From the NCBI GenBank assembly GCA_964194905.1, contig CAXMOD010000119.1, positions 6,813-70,812 on the forward strand: a stretch of 64,000 bases of DNA, read 5' to 3'. Under the pieces are notes generated by a model. The model worked only from the letters and a program-made list of their open reading frames with translations. It made no database searches and had not been told where the DNA came from. The DNA is from an uncultured Desulfobacterales bacterium (lineage in GTDB: Bacteria > Myxococcota_A > UBA9160 > JAFDET01). Made by a program: the position numbers and the translations under genes. Shown here piece by piece: positions 36,575-44,673 of this stretch. How positions within the stretch are numbered: position 1 is the stretch's first letter; the number at the start of each line of letters is the position of its first letter.

Positions 36575-39532
36575 CTAGTGCCCCTTCGCCACGTCGCCGA
36601 GATCGACCTTGGCGGAGCCTCCGACCGAGGCGTCGAGCTCGAGGAGGTGGGTGTTGCGCCGCGCGGACTTGTTCTCCACGAAGGGGCGCAGCTGGAGCAG
36701 CGCGAGCTTGCCGTCCTTGAACGCGAACTCGATGTCGGCGGGCCGGTTCTCCCCGCCTTCGCGCAGGCTTGGGAATTTGTCCGGGGCCTTGCGCGCCAGA
36801 TCGACGAGCTGGGCGATCTCGCCTTCGGCGAGGATGGTCTCCGTCCCCGAAGCGGGCCGCTTCACCACGCCGCCGTTCCCAGAGAGCAAGGTACGACTCG
36901 GCGCCGTAGCGCGCGCCAGGTAGATCACCTCGGACCCGTCCGCGCGCACCGCGAGGGACTCGGTCGCCTGACCGTCGACGGCGCCGCCCACGCCTTCGTT
37001 CACCGCCACCGACAGCCATTTGCGACTGCCCGTGTCCACGTCGGCCGTCACCATCACGCCCGACTTCTCCGCGGCAAAGCCCAGCTGCACGACCACCGCC
37101 GGAAATACGTACTCGGGATCCTCCATGTGGGACTGCCGCCAGCTGTACGCCCGCTCGCTGAACGGCGACGCCCACACTTCACGCACGGCCGTCGAAATGC
37201 CCTTCACGCCCACCACGTTGGGAACGGTCTTGTTGAGTCCCGCTCCGGTGAAGCCGGCCAGGTCTTCCACGTTGGTGTCGCTGCGTACGAAGACGCCGTA
37301 CGTGCCGTCCTTGCCGAAGGTCTTCTTCAGCATGGCGACGAGGCGGCGGTCGAAGTCCTCGCCGAGATCGGCTTCGGTCAGCCAGGTGCGCAGGCGTGAC
37401 AGGAACTCGTTCACAACGCGCTTCTGGGCCTCGGGCCGATCCTCCATGCGAGTGATGAGCCCGTAGCGCGCACGCATCCAGTCCCACACCGAGAGTCCGT
37501 CCGGCTCGATGGGCTGGTCCAGAAGCTCGCGGAACACGCCGAACGGGATGACGAAGCCGGCGGGCACCGTTTCCCCGAAGTTGTGGCGCAGCTCTCCGAG
37601 GTTGGCGCCTTTGGGGCCGGACAGGCGCCCGGAGTCGCTGGCGCGCAGATCGTCGAGCGACACGAAATCCTTCACCGAAAGGTCCAGCTGCTCGAGGTCC
37701 GGCCGGATCACCACTTCGTCACCGGGCTCGACCGACTTGCCGATCGTCTTCTTCGTGCCGAACACGGCGTCCCACTCGGGCCCGTCCTTCTCGAGCTGCA
37801 CCACGCCGCCGGGCGAGACCGCGAGCACCACGTGCTGGCCCACGTTGCGCTGAACCGCCGGCAGCAGCGACTCGCGAACCACGACGTTCGGGATGCCCAG
37901 GTTGCGCGCGAGGAGCTGAACGTGGGAGAGCGAGCTGCCCTCGCCGCGGGTCAGGATGCCCGACACCGGCGGCAGCTCGGAGACCGTCTCCGGCAGGAGG
38001 TAGATGCCGTCGCGCCGCAGCGACTCCACGTGGCCGCCGCTGGGCACGAGCAGCGTCCCGCGGGCCAGGCCCGGATTGAGTGCGCGCAGACCCGCGCCGG
38101 CGCGCTTGCCGAACATGCGGTGCTCGATGCCGGCCACGCGGTTCGCGTCGTTGACCAGGCCATCGAGGTTGGCGCCGTAGAAGAGCAAGGGGCTGCCGCG
38201 CAGGCGGTCCTGGGGATAGAGGTGGGAAACAGGCTCGATGGCGGCCCATTTCTCCACGACGTCGCCGAAGTGGAAGCGCACCCAGCGATCGGCCCACTCC
38301 GGCGCGCGCCCCAGGTAGCGCAGTTCCTTGCGGTAGGCGTCCACCTTCAGCTTGCGGTTCGCCTCGAGCCGGTCGAGCGAAGCTTCGAGGCCGCTCAGCT
38401 GGCGCTCGCCGATCAGACCGGCGCCGTACAGTCCGCCGGCCGCGGTGCGCAGCCACTCGAGGCGGGTGCGTCGATCCGCGCCCGCAAGGCGGGCGACCAG
38501 CGTGTTGCCCGCCGCGTACGCCTCGTCCTCCATCGCCAGGCTGGCCATCAGCAGCACGTGACCGCGGGCCACCGAGGTGGTGGCCCCGATGCGTGCCCGG
38601 TACTCGCGCAGCAGCCGGCATGCCTCGGCGTAGCGCGCGTCGGTCGTACCGGCGGCGGCCAGGGCCTCGGCGTCCTCGCGAAGCAGGCCGGCGACGGACG
38701 ACTCGCCCGTGCCCTGCGCCTTCTGGGCCAGGGCGCGCAGCTCGTCCGGCCCCGACTGCGCCGAGTAGAGCTCATCGATGGCGCCGGCGAGGCGCGCGTA
38801 CAGCTCGGTGGCCCCCGGCTTGCCGCGCTGTGCGGCGTGGTCGCGCACAGCCTTGGCATCCGCCGCGGAAGGCGCGTTGTGGATCTTGGCACGCAGCTTG
38901 TTGAAGCCCGAGTCCGCGTTGGCCACCTCGATGGCGAGCTCCCGCACTTCCATGGCGGTGGCGCCGGCCAGCTCGCGCGGGAGCAGCCGCACCGTCTCTC
39001 GCAGCAGGTAGAAGCGCACCTCGCTGCGCCACCCCGGATCGGCGAGCAGGGCATCCAGCACGCGGCGCGTGCCGGCCTCTTCGTCCTCGACCTGGAGCGC
39101 GCCGCGATACGAGAGAGCACCGCGGAAGATCCAGCCGTCGTCCATGCCGATCAGGAATCGCTCCAGCAGGATCTGCTTCAGCTGGTCGAGATCCGCCGAC
39201 TTCCCGACGAAGGTCTTCCCTTCGAGGCGCGCCAGCACGTTGCCCAGCGTGTACCCGCCCTTGCGCATGGCGACCACGCGGTCGTTCCACTGGCCGTGCT
39301 GTATGCCGCCGCCGTGCTTGGCGCAGGCGAAGGCCTTGGGCGGCTGCACGCTGTCATCGTTGCAGAACCAGCGGATGCGGATGAAGGGACCCTTGGGAGA
39401 GGCCTTCATTTCGGTCACCCAGGTCCGCAGCTTCTCGGGCGGAGGGAGGGCGGCGAGGGCCGATGAGGCCGCTGCGAGCAATAGGACGAGAGCCAGGAAC
39501 ACGGGTGCCAGCGGGGGGCGCGATTCGATCAT
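36575..39532 (-). CDS. PPDK/PpsA-type dikinase-like protein with N-terminal signal peptide. Domain order: unknown ~500-aa domain, then swivel phospho-His domain, then C-terminal ATP-grasp (PPDK_N). No PEP/pyruvate TIM barrel.
   Basis: ORF 36575..39793 trimmed to ATG 39532 (MIESRPPLAPVFLALVLLLAAASSALA|AL). The swivel motif is GILTRGEGSSLSH(537)VQLLARNLGIPNVVV, with the His codon at 37922-37924. The ATP-grasp reads GPKGANLGEL...VFVRSDTNVEDLAGFTGAGLNKT...VREVWASPFSERA...ADIEFAFKDGKLALLQLRPF. Confidence 0.8.
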   Translation of the reverse strand: MIESRPPLAPVFLALVLLLAAASSALAALPPPEKLRTWVTEMKASPKGPFIRIRWFCNDDSVQPPKAFACAKHGGGIQHGQWNDRVVAMRKGGYTLGNVLARLEGKTFVGKSADLDQLKQILLERFLIGMDDGWIFRGALSYRGALQVEDEEAGTRRVLDALLADPGWRSEVRFYLLRETVRLLPRELAGATAMEVRELAIEVANADSGFNKLRAKIHNAPSAADAKAVRDHAAQRGKPGATELYARLAGAIDELYSAQSGPDELRALAQKAQGTGESSVAGLLREDAEALAAAGTTDARYAEACRLLREYRARIGATTSVARGHVLLMASLAMEDEAYAAGNTLVARLAGADRRTRLEWLRTAAGGLYGAGLIGERQLSGLEASLDRLEANRKLKVDAYRKELRYLGRAPEWADRWVRFHFGDVVEKWAAIEPVSHLYPQDRLRGSPLLFYGANLDGLVNDANRVAGIEHRMFGKRAGAGLRALNPGLARGTLLVPSGGHVESLRRDGIYLLPETVSELPPVSGILTRGEGSSLSHVQLLARNLGIPNVVVRESLLPAVQRNVGQHVVLAVSPGGVVQLEKDGPEWDAVFGTKKTIGKSVEPGDEVVIRPDLEQLDLSVKDFVSLDDLRASDSGRLSGPKGANLGELRHNFGETVPAGFVIPFGVFRELLDQPIEPDGLSVWDWMRARYGLITRMEDRPEAQKRVVNEFLSRLRTWLTEADLGEDFDRRLVAMLKKTFGKDGTYGVFVRSDTNVEDLAGFTGAGLNKTVPNVVGVKGISTAVREVWASPFSERAYSWRQSHMEDPEYVFPAVVVQLGFAAEKSGVMVTADVDTGSRKWLSVAVNEGVGGAVDGQATESLAVRADGSEVIYLARATAPSRTLLSGNGGVVKRPASGTETILAEGEIAQLVDLARKAPDKFPSLREGGENRPADIEFAFKDGKLALLQLRPFVENKSARRNTHLLELDASVGGSAKVDLGDVAKGH

Positions 39533-39586
39533 GGGCCGGAGGATAGACCCCCAAACGGGCCCGGGGGTAGCCCCAGCCGAACTCCG

Positions 39587-39595
39587 TGATAGGGT
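39587..39595 (+). promoter_or_regulatory. Extended -10 TGaTAGGGT, 7 nt upstream of the ATG at 39603 (leaderless candidate)
   Basis: cgTGaTAGGGTgcgctcgATG read directly in the 70-bp divergent region. Confidence 0.35.
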
Positions 39596-39602
39596 GCGCT
39601 CG

Positions 39603-42600
39603 ATGCTGCGCCGAATCGGCATCCGGCCTGGAGAACTTCCCATCGTAGGGTGGGCGGCCCTGACCCTCTTTTTGCTGGGCTGGGCGGACGTCTCGATGAA
39701 GAACGTCTCGGAGGTGTTCTTCGCGAAGCGCGTCGGCGTGGAATTCTTTCCCGCCGCCTTCCTGCTGAGCTCGCTCCTGCTGGTGGGGACCACCTACCTG
39801 GTGGCGGGGCTCGCCGGCCGCACGGACCGGGTCCGCCTGCTCCCCAAGCTGCTGCTGGGACTGGCGGTGTCCCTGCTGCCCTTGTGGTTGCTGCTGCGAA
39901 CCGGCCACGTGGTGGGAGCGGCTCTCCCGCTCTTGCTGAGCAAGCAGGTGGAATCGATCGCGCTGATCTCCTTCCTGCTCGCCCTGGGCGACCTCCTCCA
40001 CCAGCGCCAGAGCAAACGCCTGCTGGCGCCGCTGATGGCGGGCATGACGCTCGGCTACATGTTGGGGAGCTTCGCGTCGGACCCGATCGCGGACGTGCTC
40101 GGGATCGACGGACTGCTGCCGTTCTCTTCGGGGGTGATGGCCCTCGCCGCGCTGTGCGCGCTCCCGCTGCGCAACGTGGGGCGTCCGCGCCTGGCCGGCG
40201 AGTCCGGCGCCGGCCCCGAGGTGCCGACCCTCGCGCCTCTACCCGTGGCGGCGCGCAGCGAGGCCACCGGCGTGCGCCGCCTGTGGCGCGAGAGCCAGCT
40301 GTTCCGGTTGCTGGCGCTGCTCACCGCCTTCAACGCGCTGCTCGGACCCATGCTCTACTACCAGTTCCAGTACGTGGCCGACATCGCCACGGCCGGAACC
40401 GACGGAGAAGATCGGCTGCTCGCCATCTACGCGCAGTTCCGCGGCTGGATCAGCGTCGGCATCCTGGTGATCCAGCTCGGCCTGGCCTCGAACCTGTTCA
40501 AGCGCATCGGCCTGCCACTGGCCGCGGCCATCTCGCCCGTGGTCTATCTGCTGGGCTTCGCGGGCCTCTCCATCCAGCTCTCGCTCACGGCGGGCGTCGC
40601 CGCCCTCGCGGGAACCAAGCTGGTCGACGACGCCGTCTTCGACCCGGCCCTGCGCGTGCTCTACAACCTCTTCCGCGAGGGCATCCGCGCGCGCGCCAGT
40701 GCGCTCCTCGAGGGACCGGTGAAGCGGATGGGCGGCGTCGTCGGAAACGTGCTCACCCAGGCCGCCATCGCCTTCGGTGGCGCGGGGCTCGTCGGGTTCC
40801 TGGCCCTGCCGGCCGCGGCCGCCTGGGCCGGGGTGGCCATCCTGCTCTGGCGCATCTACCCCAGGCTCCTGCTGGGCGCCGCCGGCACGCGGGGCGCGCG
40901 CGGCCTTGATCCCCTGCCGATCAGCGAGCTGCTCGACCGCGGCACCGAACGCCTGCTGGCGCAGCAGCTCGTGAGCCCCGACCCCGAAGTCTGCCGCGTA
41001 GCCATGGACCTGTGTGCCGAAGCCGATCCCCTGCGTGCGGTGGGCGGATTCGCGCGGGCGGCGGGGCAGGCACCCGAGACGACGCGGCCGTTGTTGGTCC
41101 TGGGTCTCGACCGCCTGCTCGAGGCGGCCGTCGCCGACCCCATCACCAGCCGCGACGCCGCCGAAGACCTGGTTCCGCTGCTCGCCCGCGACGAGGTGCG
41201 GGGCTTGGAGCGCGCCAACCTCGTTCAGGCCTACGGTCGCCTGACCCTCAGCCAGCCAGCCCCGGAAGACCGGGCGCTCCTGGAGGAAGCGCTGGCCTCG
41301 CCGGAGGCGGCGGTACGCCTGGCCGGGCGCACCGCTCTCCACCGCCGCGGGGAGGAGAGCGAAGCGACGATCGCCCAGACACTTTCCGAGGCCGTGGCCG
41401 GCGAGGATCCGGACGAGCGTCACATTGCGCGCGAAGAGCTGCGCGCGTTGCTCCTGCAGCACTCGCCCGAGACCGACGGTCCGGCATTCGATGCGCGCGC
41501 CGAGTTGCTGACCCGGCTTCTCGAGCGCCCCGCGGATCGCGCCGACGCGGCCGAGGCGCTCGCCGACGTGGTGCGCCACCACGGCGCGAGCGCCGTGAAG
41601 AGCGCCGAGCCCGTGCTGGCGCTGTGGGGCGACCCGGACCCCCGGGTGCGCGCGGCCGCGCTGATCTGCGCCGGCCACGGCGGTCTGCGCGAGCGCGCCC
41701 GCGCCGTGCTCGAGTGCATCGACGATCCCGACGAGCTGGTGGCCGCCGCCGCGCACGAAGCCGTGCTGGCTCTCGGCACAGCCGCGGCGGACGTACTGCT
41801 CGTGGAGCTGAGCTACGGCCGGCGCAGCCGCCGCGAGGCCATCCTGCGCCTCGTGCGCGAGATCGAGGTGGGCCAGACGGCCCTGCGGGCGTTGTACCTG
41901 CGCGAACTCCAGGAGGTGCACCGCACGCTGTTCAACCGCGCGGTCCTCGATTCCGCCGACCTCTCGCCCATCGTCCTACAGCGGCTCGACGAACGCCTGG
42001 ATGAGGGCCTGCACGCGCTGCTCCAGCTGCTGTCCGCCCTGCACGATCAGGAGTCGCTCGGCGACGTGGGTTCCCAGCTGCGCCGCTCCCGCGACCCGCG
42101 CCGCCGCGCCATCTTCATCGAGGCGATCGAGGCCTTGCTGGAGGGCGAGGAACGCCGCGCCATCGTCCCGCTTCTGGAGGACCGACCCCTGCGCCACCGC
42201 GCAGAGGCCATCGCGTCGTCCCGGGGCATGCCTCTCCCGCCGATGGACATCGCGCTCGACAGCCTGCGGGACGACCCGGACGAGCTCACCCGCATCCTCG
42301 CAAACGCCGGTCAGAGGCGGCCGCTGGCCGCCGCCGGAGATCTCGGGGATCATGCGGCGATGCTCGAACCCGTGGAGGTCGCACTCTATCTCCGCAAGAC
42401 GCCTCTCTTCGAAAGCCTCTCCACGCGCAACCTCATGGAGATCGCCAGCGTCACCCGCGAGGAGCGTCTCGCGGCGGAGGACATGCTCTTCCGCGAAGGC
42501 GAGAGCGGCACCGCCATGTATCTCATCGTGGCCGGCCGCATCCGCATCGTGCACGGTGAAACGACCGTCGCCGAACTCGGACCCGAACAGTTCTTCGGCG

Positions 42601-42782
42601 AGATGGGGATGCTGGAAGGGCTGGAGCGCTCTGCCGCGGCGATCGCTGCGTGCGACGTGCATCTGCTGCGGCTGGAGCGCGACGACCTGCTCGCGCTGAT
42701 GGAGGAACTCCCGGCGATCGCGATCGGCGTGGCGCAGGAACTGTCGCGGCGCCTCCGCCAGGCGACCGAACAGATCGCCTAG
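39603..42782 (+). CDS. Tripartite protein: NTT/TLC-like carrier domain + HEAT/ARM repeats + C-terminal cyclic-nucleotide-binding domain
   Basis: Track ORF 39069..42782 trimmed to ATG 39603 (MLRRIGIRPGELPIVGWAALTLFLLGW...NVSEVFFAKRVG). About 12 TM segments in the first ~430 aa. HEAT-like repeats follow (DPDPRVRAAALICAGHGG, DDPDELVAAAAHEAVLALG). The cNMP domain reads LRKTPLFESL...FFGEMGML...ERSAAAIA. Confidence 0.8.
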   Translation: MLRRIGIRPGELPIVGWAALTLFLLGWADVSMKNVSEVFFAKRVGVEFFPAAFLLSSLLLVGTTYLVAGLAGRTDRVRLLPKLLLGLAVSLLPLWLLLRTGHVVGAALPLLLSKQVESIALISFLLALGDLLHQRQSKRLLAPLMAGMTLGYMLGSFASDPIADVLGIDGLLPFSSGVMALAALCALPLRNVGRPRLAGESGAGPEVPTLAPLPVAARSEATGVRRLWRESQLFRLLALLTAFNALLGPMLYYQFQYVADIATAGTDGEDRLLAIYAQFRGWISVGILVIQLGLASNLFKRIGLPLAAAISPVVYLLGFAGLSIQLSLTAGVAALAGTKLVDDAVFDPALRVLYNLFREGIRARASALLEGPVKRMGGVVGNVLTQAAIAFGGAGLVGFLALPAAAAWAGVAILLWRIYPRLLLGAAGTRGARGLDPLPISELLDRGTERLLAQQLVSPDPEVCRVAMDLCAEADPLRAVGGFARAAGQAPETTRPLLVLGLDRLLEAAVADPITSRDAAEDLVPLLARDEVRGLERANLVQAYGRLTLSQPAPEDRALLEEALASPEAAVRLAGRTALHRRGEESEATIAQTLSEAVAGEDPDERHIAREELRALLLQHSPETDGPAFDARAELLTRLLERPADRADAAEALADVVRHHGASAVKSAEPVLALWGDPDPRVRAAALICAGHGGLRERARAVLECIDDPDELVAAAAHEAVLALGTAAADVLLVELSYGRRSRREAILRLVREIEVGQTALRALYLRELQEVHRTLFNRAVLDSADLSPIVLQRLDERLDEGLHALLQLLSALHDQESLGDVGSQLRRSRDPRRRAIFIEAIEALLEGEERRAIVPLLEDRPLRHRAEAIASSRGMPLPPMDIALDSLRDDPDELTRILANAGQRRPLAAAGDLGDHAAMLEPVEVALYLRKTPLFESLSTRNLMEIASVTREERLAAEDMLFREGESGTAMYLIVAGRIRIVHGETTVAELGPEQFFGEMGMLEGLERSAAAIAACDVHLLRLERDDLLALMEELPAIAIGVAQELSRRLRQATEQIA

Positions 42783-42787
42783 GCGAC

Positions 42788-43558
42788 CTAGCTGCCGTCC
42801 GACCTGGCGAGCACGCGCACCAGGTAGTTTCCGCGGCGCTCGTCCAGGTCCAGGTCCACGAGCCCGCGCTTCGAGAGGTCTTCGAGAAGCGCGGCGAAGG
42901 AATCGTATCCGAAATACTGCTCGTTGAAGCTCGGGTACACGCGGCGCACCGTCTGCTTGACCATGGATCCCCAGACCTGGTCGTAGTCGCGTTCGAGCGA
43001 CTGGACGATCTCCATGACCTGTTCGACGCCCTCGTCCTTCTTGCTGGGCTTCTGGTTTTGACCCCGGCTGCGCTTGCGCGGGGCGTCGGCGGCCTTGACC
43101 AGGTCGTCGTAGTAGATGAACTCGTCGGCGGCGGCGATGAGCAGATCCGACGTGGAGGCCTTCACGCCGCAGGCGATGACGCGCTTGTCGTTCTCCTTGA
43201 GCTTGGAGACCAGCGGTGAGAAGTCGCTGTCGCCCGACAGGAGCGCGAATTGATCGATGTGCTGCTTGGCGTAACAGAGATCGATGGCGTCTACGACCAT
43301 GCGGATGTCGGCGCTGTTCTTGCCCGACACCCGAGTGGCCGGCACGTCCACCACCTCAATGCCGTGCTTGTGGAACGCGCGCGCCTCGGCGCGGTAGTCC
43401 GACCAGTCGCAGTAGGCGCGGCGGAAGACCAGGCGCCCCTTCTCCAACAGGCGCTTCAGAACCAGCTCGACCTTGAAGCTACCGAGGCGGCTCTTGCGCG
43501 CGCCGATGGCCAGGTTCTCGAAGTCGACGAATACGGCGATGAGCGGTTCGCTGGCCAC
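42788..43558 (-). CDS. NYN (LabA/DUF88) ribonuclease-like domain + OST-HTH/LOTUS domain protein
   Basis: 256 aa. The NYN core is IAVFVDFENL...GKNSADIRMVVD...LLSGDSDFSPLV. The C-terminal OST-HTH-like region is WGSMVKQTVRRVYPSFNEQYFGYDSFAALLEDLSKRGLV. Confidence 0.85.
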   Translation of the reverse strand: MASEPLIAVFVDFENLAIGARKSRLGSFKVELVLKRLLEKGRLVFRRAYCDWSDYRAEARAFHKHGIEVVDVPATRVSGKNSADIRMVVDAIDLCYAKQHIDQFALLSGDSDFSPLVSKLKENDKRVIACGVKASTSDLLIAAADEFIYYDDLVKAADAPRKRSRGQNQKPSKKDEGVEQVMEIVQSLERDYDQVWGSMVKQTVRRVYPSFNEQYFGYDSFAALLEDLSKRGLVDLDLDERRGNYLVRVLARSDGS

Positions 43559-43655
43559 GGCGGTCTCCCGGCCGGCACGATAGCAGAACCCACCACCGCC
43601 AAGACGAACCCCCGCCGCCGTCGTCGGGGTCTATACTCCGGCCGGGGAGGTACCC

Positions 43656-43904
43656 ATGAGCAGATGGATCATCGCGACGGCCGCGCTGGCGCTCGCCTTG
43701 GGCTGCGCAGGGAGCGGCGCCCGTTGGGAGCGTCCGGGGAACAGCCCCGAGCAGCTCGAGCGCGACCAGAACGACTGCATGAACAAGGCCACCATCGGGG
43801 GCGATCCCGGCTCATCCGATCCCAATGTGCTGGCGCGCGCCCAGAAGGACTACGAAAACTGTCTCATGCGCAGGGGCTACAAGCTCACCGTCCCCGACAA
43901 ATAG
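43656..43904 (+). CDS. Small lipoprotein (82 aa)
   Basis: Lipobox LALALGC. GGGGAGG lies 5 nt upstream of the ATG, and TATACT is at 43632-43637. Confidence 0.65.
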   Translation: MSRWIIATAALALALGCAGSGARWERPGNSPEQLERDQNDCMNKATIGGDPGSSDPNVLARAQKDYENCLMRRGYKLTVPDK

Positions 43905-43905
43905 G

Positions 43906-44673
43906 CTACTTCTTCGTCGGCTGGCGGATGTTGATGGAGAACTGCGGCGCGTAGCCGCCGGGCAGGTCGAAGGAGCCCTTCGGGAAGACCTTCTGCTTCA
44001 GGCTCGTCACGGTCGTCTCGCTCTCGAACTGCCCGGACTCGTAGGTGCGCACGCGCATCGGAATCCCGTCGAGCCGCGCGAACGACTCGATCACCGCCGC
44101 GCCCTCCGCGCGAGCGTCCGACGGCATCAGGGCGGTGACCGAACTCCCCAGGAGCTGCTCCAGGTCGCGCACCGCCTCGAAGCTCTCGCGCTCCACATTG
44201 GCGTCGGCATAGCTGGCGCGGCACACATCGGCGATGCGCACGCCGGCCGCCAGCACCTGCAGCTCCGCGCAGGGGATGCCCCGGACGCTGCCGCGGCGGC
44301 CGGTGTCCTTGATCTCCACCCCGCCGGACAGGCCGGCCTCTGCGAGCGCACGCTGGTCCGGCGACAGCGAGTCCATGCGCGCCTTCGCCTGGCCGGCCAG
44401 GGCCTCCGCGGTCGGTCGCTCCACCTCGATGAAGTTCTTGTGCTTGTGATCGAGCACCCAGAGCAGGCCGCGGTCACCGCGGTACACGATGGCGCGCCGC
44501 CCGCCCGCCGTCTCCACACGCATGCGCATGCCGTCGAACAGGGCCGTGCCGGCCCGGGTGCTGCCGTCCGGCCTGCGGGTCTCGGTGAGCACCTCGGTCC
44601 CGGCCGCAGCCGGCAGTGTCACCAGCAACACGGCCAACGCGAAGAACACGGCCAACATAGATCGGGCACTCAC
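43906..44673 (-). CDS. Secreted protein, DUF4412-like
   Basis: 255 aa with signal peptide MLAVFFALAVLLVTLPAAAG. The GTG start overlaps the upstream stop (GTGA). The family call is tentative. Confidence 0.6.
   Translation of the reverse strand: MSARSMLAVFFALAVLLVTLPAAAGTEVLTETRRPDGSTRAGTALFDGMRMRVETAGGRRAIVYRGDRGLLWVLDHKHKNFIEVERPTAEALAGQAKARMDSLSPDQRALAEAGLSGGVEIKDTGRRGSVRGIPCAELQVLAAGVRIADVCRASYADANVERESFEAVRDLEQLLGSSVTALMPSDARAEGAAVIESFARLDGIPMRVRTYESGQFESETTVTSLKQKVFPKGSFDLPGGYAPQFSINIRQPTKK

Noticed and set aside
39531-39643. Alternative starts at the dikinase/NTT-HEAT divergent junction: plus-strand ATG 39531 (MGRRIDPQ...) and minus-strand ATG 39643 (MGSSPGRMPIRR...)
   Set aside because: Either choice would make the two divergent genes overlap head-to-head and leave no promoter space. 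The added residues are non-hydrophobic and low-complexity, and precede obvious first-helix or signal-peptide sequences. ATG 39603 has an extended -10 just upstream. I cannot fully exclude them without experimental data.
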